A stretch of 63,784 bases of DNA, the filler included, from Bigelowiella natans CCMP2755 (taxonomy: Eukaryota; Protista; Cercozoa), in the NCBI GenBank assembly GCA_000320545.1. It is 4 parts of 4 records of this genome, joined end to end, with 100 filler letters (N's around TTAATTAATTAA, not from the genome) between each part and the next. Parts side by side here need not be neighbours in the genome. Positions count along the whole stretch, not along the records: positions 1 to 27,840 come from ADNK01000667.1; 3 more parts are not named here. One strand, written 5' to 3'. The translations under genes were made by a program, and so were the position numbers. This document shows positions 12,646 through 23,399 of the stretch, one piece after another. Numbering within the stretch: the first letter of the stretch is position 1; every line of letters begins with the position of its first letter. The notes beneath the pieces are model-generated. The model did no database searches, had not been told where the DNA came from, and saw only the letters and a list, made by a program, of their open reading frames with translations.

Positions 12646-12836
12646 GAACAATGAACAATGATGAAGAACTGCATTTCCAAAATGTGACAAGACATTTGCA
12701 GTGCACGATTGCAGATTGGGGCAATGAACAATGAAACAATGAAACAATTATGAAAAAACTACATTTCCAAAGTGTTGCAAGACACTTGCAGTGTGCAAAA
12801 TGAACAATGATGATGAACTACATTTCCAAAGTGCAG
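12646..12836 (-). repeat. Three stacked short 3'-end copies of the same LINE (tail plus 30-75 bp of 3' UTR each)
   Basis: Motif ACTACATTTCCAAAGTGTTGCAAGACACTTGCAGTGTGC (variants, the last copy truncated) preceded by TGAACAA repeats at about 12646-12720, 12721-12800, 12801-12836; matches about 12005-12065. Confidence 0.75.
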
Positions 12837-12878
12837 TTTCCTAGGATTTCCTAGGATTTCCTAGGATTTAGGATTTCC
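12837..12878. repeat. 10-bp tandem repeat (TTTCCTAGGA)3 plus degenerate copy
   Basis: tttcctagga x3 then tttagga tttcc; unit contains palindrome TCCTAGGA. Confidence 0.9.
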
Positions 12879-13151
12879 TTGCTAAGCCGTTTCTACGTAA
12901 CGTCAGCAAAACACAAATGTCGCGTTTTACCCGCCGACTTCTTCTTCCGCGATCTAAATATAGAGCTGCGCATAATTTGCAACGGAAAACAAGGGGGCTG
13001 TTTCGATGATTCTCGCCTTGAGCGTTGAAAATGGGCTGTTTCCGCCTTGTTTTTCCACGCTGTTTCCGCCTGGCTTAATGACCGAAGATTTGAACTTCTT
13101 AATACGATCAAGATCCCATTTTCTGTGAGAGAGAGAGAGGGGGAGAGAGAG

Positions 13152-14993
13152 ATGATGCGTTCACCAAACCCCGAAGACTCACACCCAAGCCCGCGTGGGG
13201 AACATGGACCACGACCAGAGGAAGTTGAGAAACCGGGAACGTCGCTCTCACAGAAGCTCGAGCTGGCAGGCGTCACGCCACCACTCCCTGTCGCGGAGAA
13301 GAAGATAATCGACGAGAACGCTGGCATTGAAGACAATGACACTCCCAATGGAGGCATGGAGCCACTGGCGGTACCGATGTTGGTTAAGTGTCAAGGAGCT
13401 GATGAGCTGGAGGAAGTGGATCTAGAGGCTCTCTTGGGGGGCAAGCCCGGGGAGGACAGGTACAAGGGAAAGAAGTGCCTTGAGAAATTCCTCCTGTCTT
13501 GGTTTGGCCTGTGCTGGGGTGAGGCCCACTGGGTTTGGAGTTTCCTATGCTGTCCGTTCATTCTGGTGTGGCGCTCGATCTTGACGTATTTCGTGCCGTG
13601 CATCCTCTTGCTCCTGAACACCATCTTCCGCTGCACCTGCGGAGCACTGTGCAAGGACTGCCTGATGTTCGACGACCGGTACTTCCCAAAGGGCGTGCGC
13701 GTGCTGGGTGATGGGACAAAGGACACCAGTAAAATTGCTGTGAGCAGCCTCAAGGCGCAATCGGAGGCCAAGATCGACAGCAAGATTGACTGGGTGCGCG
13801 CTGGTGACATGATCAAGGACCTCGTAGACAGCAAGGATTCGAAAATCAACCACGCGGCTTTGTTTTACGGCCCCCCCTCCTGGAAGGACGTGAACCAGGG
13901 AAACCTGGGAGACTGCTGGTTGGTGTCCGCGATGGCCAGCATTGGCGAGTATCCCCAGGCCATCAGCAACGTGTTCTCCACTCGCAGATACAACGAGTAC
14001 GGGAAGTACACGGTCAAGTTGTACGACGGGCGCTACGACGAGTGGGTGGACATCACGATCGACGACTGGATTCCCGTCTACAAAGGCAAGAAGAGGCCGG
14101 TGTTCTTGACGCCGAAGGGACACGCGCTCTGGGCCCTGCTTCTCGAGAAGGCCTTCGCCAAGTTTTGCTCCGGGTACTCCAATCTGGACGGCGGCCACCA
14201 GCTGTGGGCGTTCCAGGCTATGACTGGCGACGTGTGCTTCGCGCTTAAAAAGGACAAATCGAATCTGTGGGCGCGATTGGACCTCACGTATGAGGCGCCT
14301 CCGCGCAGCATATGCGGCCGGATCTGCTCCGCGCTGTGCTTCTTCATCTGCCCGTGCTGGCGGACCTACCGGACGGAGAACCCCCGCAAGCACTACGGGA
14401 TGACATCGAGGGGGGAGAAATTCGACTCCAAGCGCACGTGGAAGCTCCTCGAGCACTACCACACGCAAAAGGCCCTGATCAGCTGCAGTGCCTCCGCCAA
14501 GGGCGAAGAGAAGGGGAAGGACGGCATCGTGAGAGGGCACGCATACAGCGTGCTGAACATCGTCGAGAAAGGCGAGTTCAAAATGCTGCAGCTTCGCAAT
14601 CCCTGGGGCAAATTCGAGTGGAAGGGCGCGTGGAGCGACGGAAACGCGATGTGGACAAAGCATCCGGACGTGGCGCGGGCCTGCGGCTACGACGCGAAGA
14701 CGACCGACAAGAATGACGGGGCCTTCTGGATGGAGTTCAACGACTGGAAGCGCATCTTCGACATGGCGGACATCTGCGACCGCTCTTCAAACCGTGACTT
14801 GGCCCTCGACGTGAATGAGGAGAAAGGCATTTTGGGAGTGTGCGAGGGGTGCCTGGTAGGCTGCGCGACGTTCTGGTGCTTGTGCCAAGGCTGCTATACC
14901 CTCTTCTGTGCGCACAAAACAAAGGATGAAACCGCGGATGTTACCGGCTGCTGCGATTGCCTAACCGGAGAGTCCGGGAAGTCTTACAAGTGA
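13152..14993 (+). CDS. Calpain-type cysteine protease (Peptidase C2 catalytic core), single exon, Cys-rich flanks
   Basis: Uninterrupted ORF; catalytic triad motifs QGNLGDCWLVSAMASI (Cys), GIVRGHAYSVL (His), LRNPWG (Asn); also LLEKAFAK, WKGAWSD, DGAFWMEF. First ATG at 13152 follows a (GA)n tract. Confidence 0.93.
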   Translation: MMRSPNPEDSHPSPRGEHGPRPEEVEKPGTSLSQKLELAGVTPPLPVAEKKIIDENAGIEDNDTPNGGMEPLAVPMLVKCQGADELEEVDLEALLGGKPGEDRYKGKKCLEKFLLSWFGLCWGEAHWVWSFLCCPFILVWRSILTYFVPCILLLLNTIFRCTCGALCKDCLMFDDRYFPKGVRVLGDGTKDTSKIAVSSLKAQSEAKIDSKIDWVRAGDMIKDLVDSKDSKINHAALFYGPPSWKDVNQGNLGDCWLVSAMASIGEYPQAISNVFSTRRYNEYGKYTVKLYDGRYDEWVDITIDDWIPVYKGKKRPVFLTPKGHALWALLLEKAFAKFCSGYSNLDGGHQLWAFQAMTGDVCFALKKDKSNLWARLDLTYEAPPRSICGRICSALCFFICPCWRTYRTENPRKHYGMTSRGEKFDSKRTWKLLEHYHTQKALISCSASAKGEEKGKDGIVRGHAYSVLNIVEKGEFKMLQLRNPWGKFEWKGAWSDGNAMWTKHPDVARACGYDAKTTDKNDGAFWMEFNDWKRIFDMADICDRSSNRDLALDVNEEKGILGVCEGCLVGCATFWCLCQGCYTLFCAHKTKDETADVTGCCDCLTGESGKSYK

Positions 14994-15208
14994 TGTGTGG
15001 CGCATGAATTTCTATATTCGAGGATCTCTCAAATAGCGTTGAAGCAGCGGCCGCAGCTCTTATCGTACTCGCAAGTAGCACTACGATGTGGAAAGGGAAT
15101 AATAAGTTTCGTCTCTTATCGCTTCGATTTCATAGCTTCAAATGAAGTAAGATCTCCAGCATTGCGAATAGTGAATGGCGACACCTGACATTGCAGGCAA
15201 TGTAGACG

Positions 15209-15247
<39 letters not shown>

Positions 15248-15751
15248 CATTTGTGTAATGTAGGATTAAGCACATGATCATTAAAAAAAAGCATATAGTT
15301 ATTGCTATTCTGTGGTCTGTGGAGCGCGCGTGTGTCGCCGACGAGGGTCGTGCATCATCCTGTATACTGCAAACGAATGACTCTACATGTAGCTTACAAT
15401 GACTGCATGCAAACACATTATGTACGCGTCGTTGCATGTCGTGAGGCTTGCATTGTGCCAGCAGCAATCAAAAGCAACAGATAATAGCAGAGTCGCAAAT
15501 GTAATAATTGCGACATATATATATGCTATATATTAGTATGAATACTATATAGTATATGGACATATATGTCCCTATAATAGACTGTGAAAGAGCAGAGCCA
15601 AAAATGACTACAGATACATCGATCATTAAGCAATTTCTGAGTTAATGCGGCCGAACCGTATGTGTGCCGACGTAGAAACGGTTTTTCTAACGTGCTATGC
15701 ACTACTAATCTGTACACGGTCGATGGAGGTAATCATCATCAAGTACAGGAA

Positions 15752-16485
15752 CTACTTAAATCCACAAGGCTCGTCATTTTCGTCGTATCTACTCAACGCC
15801 AATAACAATAGCAACAGCAGAAACAGAAGTGAGGGATGCACATATGAGACGACGATTTCCTTCGTATCATAGCGATGGCATAGTAGGCAATAAGCAGTCG
15901 ACTCCCCCCCCCTCTTATCAACACCTCGCGCATGCGCGTGGGACTTACGTGATTGTCATTTGTCTCTTCTCGTCGAGGCTCCTCCTACCAGCCTCGAGTA
16001 TAGCAGTTACCTACACCCGAGAAGCCCCCCCCCCCCACACACACAGATGGGGGATTCAGGCCAGTAAAAATTCCCCTTTAAAAGACGGGGCGGCGGCCGA
16101 AAGGCCCCCCCCCCCCCCCCCCCCCCGCCGGGAAATGGGCAACAAACACACACGGCCCCACACGTATCCCCACACAAATAGAGAGGCAGTAATAAACACC
16201 TGCATTGTGGTGTTGGCGGTTGGCATGCTGGCATCGAGCTCGGCCGTCTTTCGGGATCCTTGATTCAGAGCTTGGGCCTCGACTACAAAAGCCTCGAAGC
16301 TAGCGTGTTTTGGGAGAGATGATAGTTAGGGAAGCAATGCCGCTATACGCTTTCAGATGAAACGCACACGACGAGGAGCCTCATCAGCATCATCATCGTC
16401 GTCGTCGTCGTCGTCGTCGTCGTCATTATCGTTCATCATCGTCGTCTCTTCACAGAGTGCGTGCTGCCTGTTGTGTGGTCACTAC

Positions 16486-16538
<53 letters not shown>

Positions 16539-17026
16539 CTCTCAGCACCTGCGATATCCGTAGCCATGGCGTCCACCGAAATGGCCGTCGGCTCCCTTAG
16601 TGTACTTCATATATAGCGGATTCACGCTCGCGAAGGAACCCTTCTCGTCCCCTGCAAAGGCAAACAGTTATATCTTAAAAGAAGAACCGCACCGCGTGTG
16701 TGTGCAAGATTCTAAGATGGATTCAAGGCGCCTTCATCGCCATCATCTCGGATCTGGATTTTAATGCCCTTCAGAGAGCATCGAAGGTACGAACACGCGT
16801 TGCGGAAGAAAACGAAAAGTACGGCAACCCCGATGATGATGATGACGACGATGATGATAATGATGACAACGATGATGATGATGACGATCGTGCCGATGGT
16901 GGTACTGGTCCGCAAACATTCATTACGACGATAATGATCATCATGGTGGTGGTGATGATGAGGATGGCGTGTATGCTCTCGGAAACAAAATAATGCTTCG
17001 AATGTGTACGTACGCAAATGAATATA

Positions 17027-17064
<38 letters not shown>

Positions 17065-17259
17065 TTATGCATCGGCATGCGCGAGTGTTTTGCGGGGCCG
17101 AGACGGGCTATATGAAGCCCACTTCTAAAGCGCGACAGCAACGCCGAAAACAACCAACTACAACAACTGCAACAACGAACACGAGAAGCGACCCGCGGTT
17201 GTATATCCGCGATGTGCCTGATCGATCTTGACTTCTCCCTTATGACCCTGGAGAGAAAG

Positions 17260-17303
<44 letters not shown>

Positions 17304-17469
17304 AGAGAAGGAGAGATGAGAGGGGGGGTATTACCAGCAAAAGACTCTTAGTCAAACATGCTACCGAAGACGCAATGTATGGAACATAGCAGCTGCTTGC
17401 ATGAATTACACAGCACACCTGCTATACCATCCACCGATCATCAAAACCGCTACTACAGCACCACAGCTC

Positions 17470-17500
<31 letters not shown>

Positions 17501-18102
17501 CTAATATAATGCGCCGGGACCATGTAGAAGAAGCGCTGTTGGGAATGTACGTCGGCTTGGCCTGAGCGATTGGCGGAGGAGGTGAAAAGACACGTTCAGA
17601 AAAAGGAACAAGAAAAACGGAAAATAGAACGATGTAGCAATAAAGCGGATGAGAGGGGGGGGAGAGGGAGGTTTAAGTATAGAGGAAAGAGAGATCGTTC
17701 GTAGAAAAAAACGACAGATTGAGAGCAGGGAAGGGCGGGGGGGGGGGGGGTGAAGGAAGGGTTTGGCGCATTACCTGCTACCCAGGAAGCAGTGTACACA
17801 GCAGTGCCAATGTTCTTCGATTTAAGGTTCAGCCTGTTTGATCGGGATTTCAATTGTATGGATAATGGTAAGTTGCAGGGTAAAGTGCCGTCCTTCTGGT
17901 TGGCGTCGGTGCTATGGTTTCTTCGAATCATCGTCTCCCCGCCCCCCCCTTCTTGCCCTTCTAAAAGAAAGGCTCATGCGATTTGTGGGTGTGAATCGTG
18001 TGCATTTGCGCAGACGCGTGTGTGTGCTGAAATGACGATATTTACCACTGAACCGTGAGAGTGATCGTATCTTCGGCTGGGATGCCCATTTTCTACAAAA
18101 GA

Positions 18103-18136
<34 letters not shown>

Positions 18137-18297
18137 TCTGTGAGAGTGCGTATCAGAGAAATTCAAACTTGCCCTTCCCTTCCCCACTCTCGCTTTCTCT
18201 GGGTCGTTCGCACCTTTGCGACTCCCGTTGCCGCAACGCCCAATACACTTATGGGTCTGCACAGTATATTTATTGTGTGTGTGCATATATTGATATG

Positions 18298-18343
<46 letters not shown>

Positions 18344-18780
18344 CGTGTGCGTGCGTGTGTGACGCTCTCTCTACGCCGTTGTGTCGAATAATCATTCTCT
18401 CGCTTCTTGCCATCCAATGGATAATGAGAGACGGAGGACAGGGCGTGTGTGTAGGGGGGGGGGGGGGGGGGGATAGATTATTTCTTCATCGCAAACAGCG
18501 TCGTCCTCATTCACAACAGCAGCGACACACTCGGAACGGCATTGATAGCGACAAAACGTCTTCGCACGGCCTTGCATGGCCCATACATGGAAGTCGTATG
18601 TGATGAGAGTTCAGGTAGTAGCTGAGGGGAGGGGAGGGGGGGGGGGGGGGGGAGCGAATGAAACCGAGCACAATATCATATGAAATTCGACAATGGCGGA
18701 TCGATCATCATAAAATCCAGAGGCGCCTCTCGATGATGTCATTTGCTGTGGTATTTGGTGCGAACTGGATGTTTGCGACA

Positions 18781-18826
<46 letters not shown>

Positions 18827-20319
18827 TACAGTGCACACCAGGTGCGGGACGTGGCCACCTTATGTCCGACGACTTCCCGGCCCACGCACGGAATGTTTCG
18901 AGCTGAAACTTCGGCTAAGGGCATTTTTGTTTGACAACAGGCTTCGTTTATTACCAACAACAACAACAACAACTACGACAAGAAAAGAAAAGAAAAGGAA
19001 AAAAAAGGAAAGACTCCAACCAACACGACGCATAAGTTGCGATTCGCTCCGAGCGTGCGTGGCAAGTGTGCGTTTGGTATCGATGTGGTGGTGCCGAATG
19101 ACTCTGCCGTTCCAGACGCGACCTATCATCTATCTGCTCCTACCTGGCTCATGTAGCTCACGAAATGGCCAAAGTCGCCTGGAGGAGGGGGCACAGTGAT
19201 CGAGAGGGTTGTTGTTGATGATGGATTTACCGTAGAACACCATCATCATCAACAACAACAATAGTAACAACAACAACAGTAACAACAACAACTAAAGCTT
19301 TTAGAGAATAACCCAGATTTCGTATCCGCTGCCTGGCATCCTCGTAGATGAAGTCGTACCGTTTGTGGACCTTTCGCAGCAGCAGAACGGGTGCAAGCAT
19401 GCAAGTAATCACGGGGCAGCAGAATAGCTACAATCGCACAAAGAAGGAGTTACGCCATCGACGATAGATGCGTCTGAGCCGAACCCACAATGCAAGTCGC
19501 GCCGATGTGTAATTCCGTTTTCAAAAATAAAATGTCGATAGCCCCTTCCCCCCCCCACATCCTCCTTCAGTACGGCTCAGGGTCGCAGGACCGAAGAATC
19601 ATCGGTGTATCCCGCTTTCCCCCTCCCCCCCAGCGCATAGCAGCAGCAAGTGGGGAGGTAGCAGCAGCAGTCAAGGTGGGCAAAGAAGTCACGATTCTCT
19701 CACCTCTATTGCAACGAGGACCCCGGCCTGAAATATGAGAGATGTGAGCATAAAGATCGCCAACGCAAATGTAACGACAGCACCCCCACCACCAACACGT
19801 GCGGTGCTCTCCTCCTCGCACGTATGGATGTCATTCCGGCGCCCAATCAATGGCATGGAAGGGGGGAGGCACCTTCTTCGCAGCCGCCACGATCTTGCGA
19901 TGCTGTTCCAACGTCTTGACCATAGGCTGGGGGACAGGGGAATCAATGCGGACAGAACGAGTCGCTTGCGCCAGGATGTCTGCTCGGTGGCGACGGCGAT
20001 GACAACGACTACGACTACGCCTACGATAACCAACAGCTACTGCTACACGGGATCACCACCTTCGTGCACATGACGTGCAATCCGCGCTTGATGGCCTCCA
20101 TCACGATCTGGCGGGGGGAAAGGGTTCGAATCGGTAGATGATGAGGGCGAGCCTGCGTGAGGCGTCTTGCGAAAGCACTTTGCTCGAGGAGATCTAACCC
20201 AGAGGGGTCCACAACCACCAGGCGCTCTTCTAACTCCTCTTCCCCGTCAACTCTAAAAAATAGCTCTTTGGTGCTATTCCTCTATGCTACGACTCTACTG
20301 CTCTAATGACGACGACGAC

Positions 20320-20357
<38 letters not shown>

Positions 20358-20393
20358 TGACGGGGATGATGGTGATGGTGACTACTACTCTTG

Positions 20394-20427
<34 letters not shown>

Positions 20428-21179
20428 AAATAATAATAATAATAATAATAATAATATTACTTCAAAGTGGGTATCGTCGGGAGTGAAGACAGTGACCTGA
20501 GGGTAAGATAAAGAGGACCACACAAATACCCACTCAAGTAATATATATATATATATATATATATGGTGTGTGTGTGTGTGTGTATGCGATTGCAAACATG
20601 TAATTGCGTTGCTAGCTTGAATGTAGGCTACAATATCTCCTTTTTTGAGAGTGTCCATCGCTGCAAGATATGCCTGATATGGAGCACCACAGATTGTCAA
20701 TTCCAACATCATACCGGGGGGGAGGGGAGGGTCTCCTAGGCGGCTGCTGCAGTGGCTACGCACCTTCGTATCACGGCCCACATCATCTTTAGGAAATGTC
20801 TCACACTTCACGCTCATGTCGTAAAAATCGCCGATCGCGCTCTTGAAGTGCTCCCGCACCTTTGGAAACTAGGTAAGGAACATAGAGAGTAGACGTTCGA
20901 GTGAGGGCCCACGCATGCTTCGGAAGGACGCGGAGGATGTCAAAAAGCGACTCGCTTGTGGAATACCTTTTTTCCATTTGTTCCAGCAATGAGCACTCGG
21001 TCTCCGATGAGCCCACGGTGCCGCAAGTCGAAGAAAACCAGCCCGACGACGCCCTTGTTCTTGTCCGACTTGGACGCGTGCCCGCCTCGCACGAACCCAG
21101 TGGTGTATTCTCCGGAGCCCACTAAAAGCGCTGCAATAGCACCTCCCTTGCTGTCTTGCTGGTTGCCGGTAGCGGCCAT
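15752..21179 (-). CDS. Gfo/Idh/MocA-family NAD(P)-dependent oxidoreductase (D-galacturonate reductase-like); about 19 exons
   Basis: Spliced motifs [169 protein letters not shown]. One apparent +1 frameshift near 18596. Confidence 0.9.
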
Positions 21180-21610
21180 GTATGCTCTCGTGCGATAGAA
21201 GGATTCGGGGGGAGGACGTCGATCGGAAAGATGGCCCGTGTGGAGGTATCCGAGCAGGGAGGGATCCCAAAAAACTCACAGGGCATTTTTTCCTTGCGAC
21301 TTTCGCCAAATTTCATGTCGCAGGAGTAAAATTTCCCCGCGTCTATCATGTAAGTCAGTCATTTTTCCGATCCGAAGATGCCGACCGCACGGCGTGATTA
21401 CCCTGAAGAAGAGCTCGCCTGTTGCGAGTCGCTCGTTCGGTCGCCCGGACGAGCAATCTGCTACGTTACTTCCGATATTTTCTCGGTGATTTTTCTCCTA
21501 GATCTAGAGGGAACTCGCTCTCGGCTCGAAACCCTCTGGCCCCTTGCCCTGGCTGCCATTCCACGTCGCAGCTGGCAGCAACAAGCGTACGGCCTCTCGT
21601 CCTTTGGAGC

Positions 21611-23389
21611 ATGCTGGCGAACTTGGAGGGGGCGAAGGCTGTGCTTCTCGTCGATGGGGATTGCGCGCTGTGCCACGGGTTCACACAGTACGTCTCCCCC
21701 CCCTCCCCCCCTTCCAACGGCCACAGTACATCCGGTTTGACGCTTGCCTCATTCATCTTAGATTTGTCGCTGCCCGCGATTCGCGGGATAGAATCCGATT
21801 TGCCACCCAGCAATCTGACGTCGGAAGGTGGGTTGGTGCTGCATGTGGTCCGGTCTCGCAGCTGTGCTCATCATCATCATCATCATTATCATATTTTTCT
21901 TCTGTTTCTTCTTCTTTTTCTTCTTCTTCTCTTCCTCTTCGTCCTCCGCACCTCAGCGGCCTATAATCCCGTTCCATTGATAATACTTTAGGATGCTATT
22001 GCGTGACAACGATATGCCGCAAGATCTGAAGACGATCATCTGCGTCGAAATTGGGGTAATGTGTGATATGTGCTGCAGCATAGCTTCTCATACCATTTAC
22101 CATTATGTTGAATCCAAATACAGCAAGGAGGTCGGATGGCGTGCTATAAGGAATCAACAGCTGTCCTTCGAACTACAAGATATCTCGACGGTCGCAGCTA
22201 CTGCCCATTTACTTCCGATGCCGATATAATAGAGGGGCGGCATTCATAACCTGTAAATCCATGGCCACAATTAGGTTTTTGGCCTATCTTTTCCCTCCTC
22301 CTTTGGGTGCCAGCGCTGCTGAGAGATGGAGCATACAGACTTGTGGTAAGCATGTGCACTTTCTAATTTCCCGAACCCCGAACCTTTTCGGCAGTGACGA
22401 TCGGTGGTTGTGTCTGTGTGTCTGTGTGTGTGTGTGCGTGTGTGTGTTTGTGACATTGCGCACTCAGGCTTCAAATAGATATAGGATATTTGGAAAGACG
22501 ACGTCGTGTCGCCTCCCCGACATCAAAGCAAGAAAGAAGGTATTCTTTCCCACTTTTCATTGTAGACGGCAAGTTCCGATTCAGTCACTGGCATCGATTA
22601 AGCGCCACACACACACACACACACACACACATACCACCACCACCACCATGCATGCGTAGGTCCTGGACGTGTCGCAATTATCCAGCCTTTCTAAATCTCG
22701 AAACGCTAGTCCTCGTAAAGGTAAATAAATCGATAGATAGCGGTAGAGAAGAAGAAGATGAAGAAGAAGAACGAGAGCAGTTTCTGCATCTCAACCTGAG
22801 CCGGTGAACCAACAATGCGACAGAGGCCTTGGAGGAGCTGACAAGCGTGGAAGAATTCGAGAAGTGTATATCATCCCCCCAGCTCACGATAGCCTACTTC
22901 TCTGCCCCATGGTGCGGTCCGTGCAAGCTTATGACCCCGGAAATAGCAAAGTAGGAATCAACCTTAGTGGCCATCTGATGAGCGGCACTGATGCTTCCTT
23001 CTTGATCAGATTGTCGAAAGAAAGGATAGGGGGGAAGCGGAGATTCGTGAAGGTATTGTTCGTCGGTGGAGGGTCGTCGGTGGTGAACGTGGTGCTTCCT
23101 GAGATAAACGTGCCCGTTTAGGTCGACGTGGACAAGGCAAGATCGATATCGAAGCGGTTCAAAGTGAAAAGCATGCCGCAGTGTCTGCTTTTTCGCAAAG
23201 GTGCCAAATCCCCATCCTTGCATAACTCCACTCATCACGTAGTCCGGGTGCCGCCGCCGCCGCCGCCGCCGTGCAGAAGCTAAAGCCATTCGTGTTCTAT
23301 CAGGTCAACTTCTACATAGACATTCTGGGACAAATCTGTCCCAGTTAAAAAATGCTATCCGCCGATTTGTACCGCCAGTAAGCCCCTGA
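21611..23389 (+). CDS. DCC-family thiol-disulfide oxidoreductase (DUF393) fused to a C-terminal thioredoxin domain
   Basis: DGDCALCHGF (DxxCxxC), ARDSRDRIRFATQQS, ESTAVLR, ASNRYRIFGKTTSCRLP; phase-compatible splicing links via VLDVSQLSSLSKSRNASPRKE to FSAPWCGPCKLMTPEIAK, FVKVDVDK, FKVKSMPQCLLFRKG; stop 23387-23389. Start could lie upstream; middle exons not fully resolved. Confidence 0.78.
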
Positions 23390-23399
23390 CTAGATGCAC

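Noticed and set aside
11161-12720. ADAR-type RNA editing followed by retrotransposition
   Set aside because: Would give one-strand A->G and ADAR favours UAG, whereas both TG and CA are gained and CTAG is spared; not fully excluded if both strands are transcribed.
11955-12836. Repeat-spacer look suggesting a CRISPR array
   Set aside because: Eukaryotic context, no constant-length unique spacers, no cas genes; explained by LINE 3' ends.
13545-14663. 372-aa antisense ORF inside calpain
   Set aside because: Shadow of GC-rich codon usage on the sense strand; no motifs.
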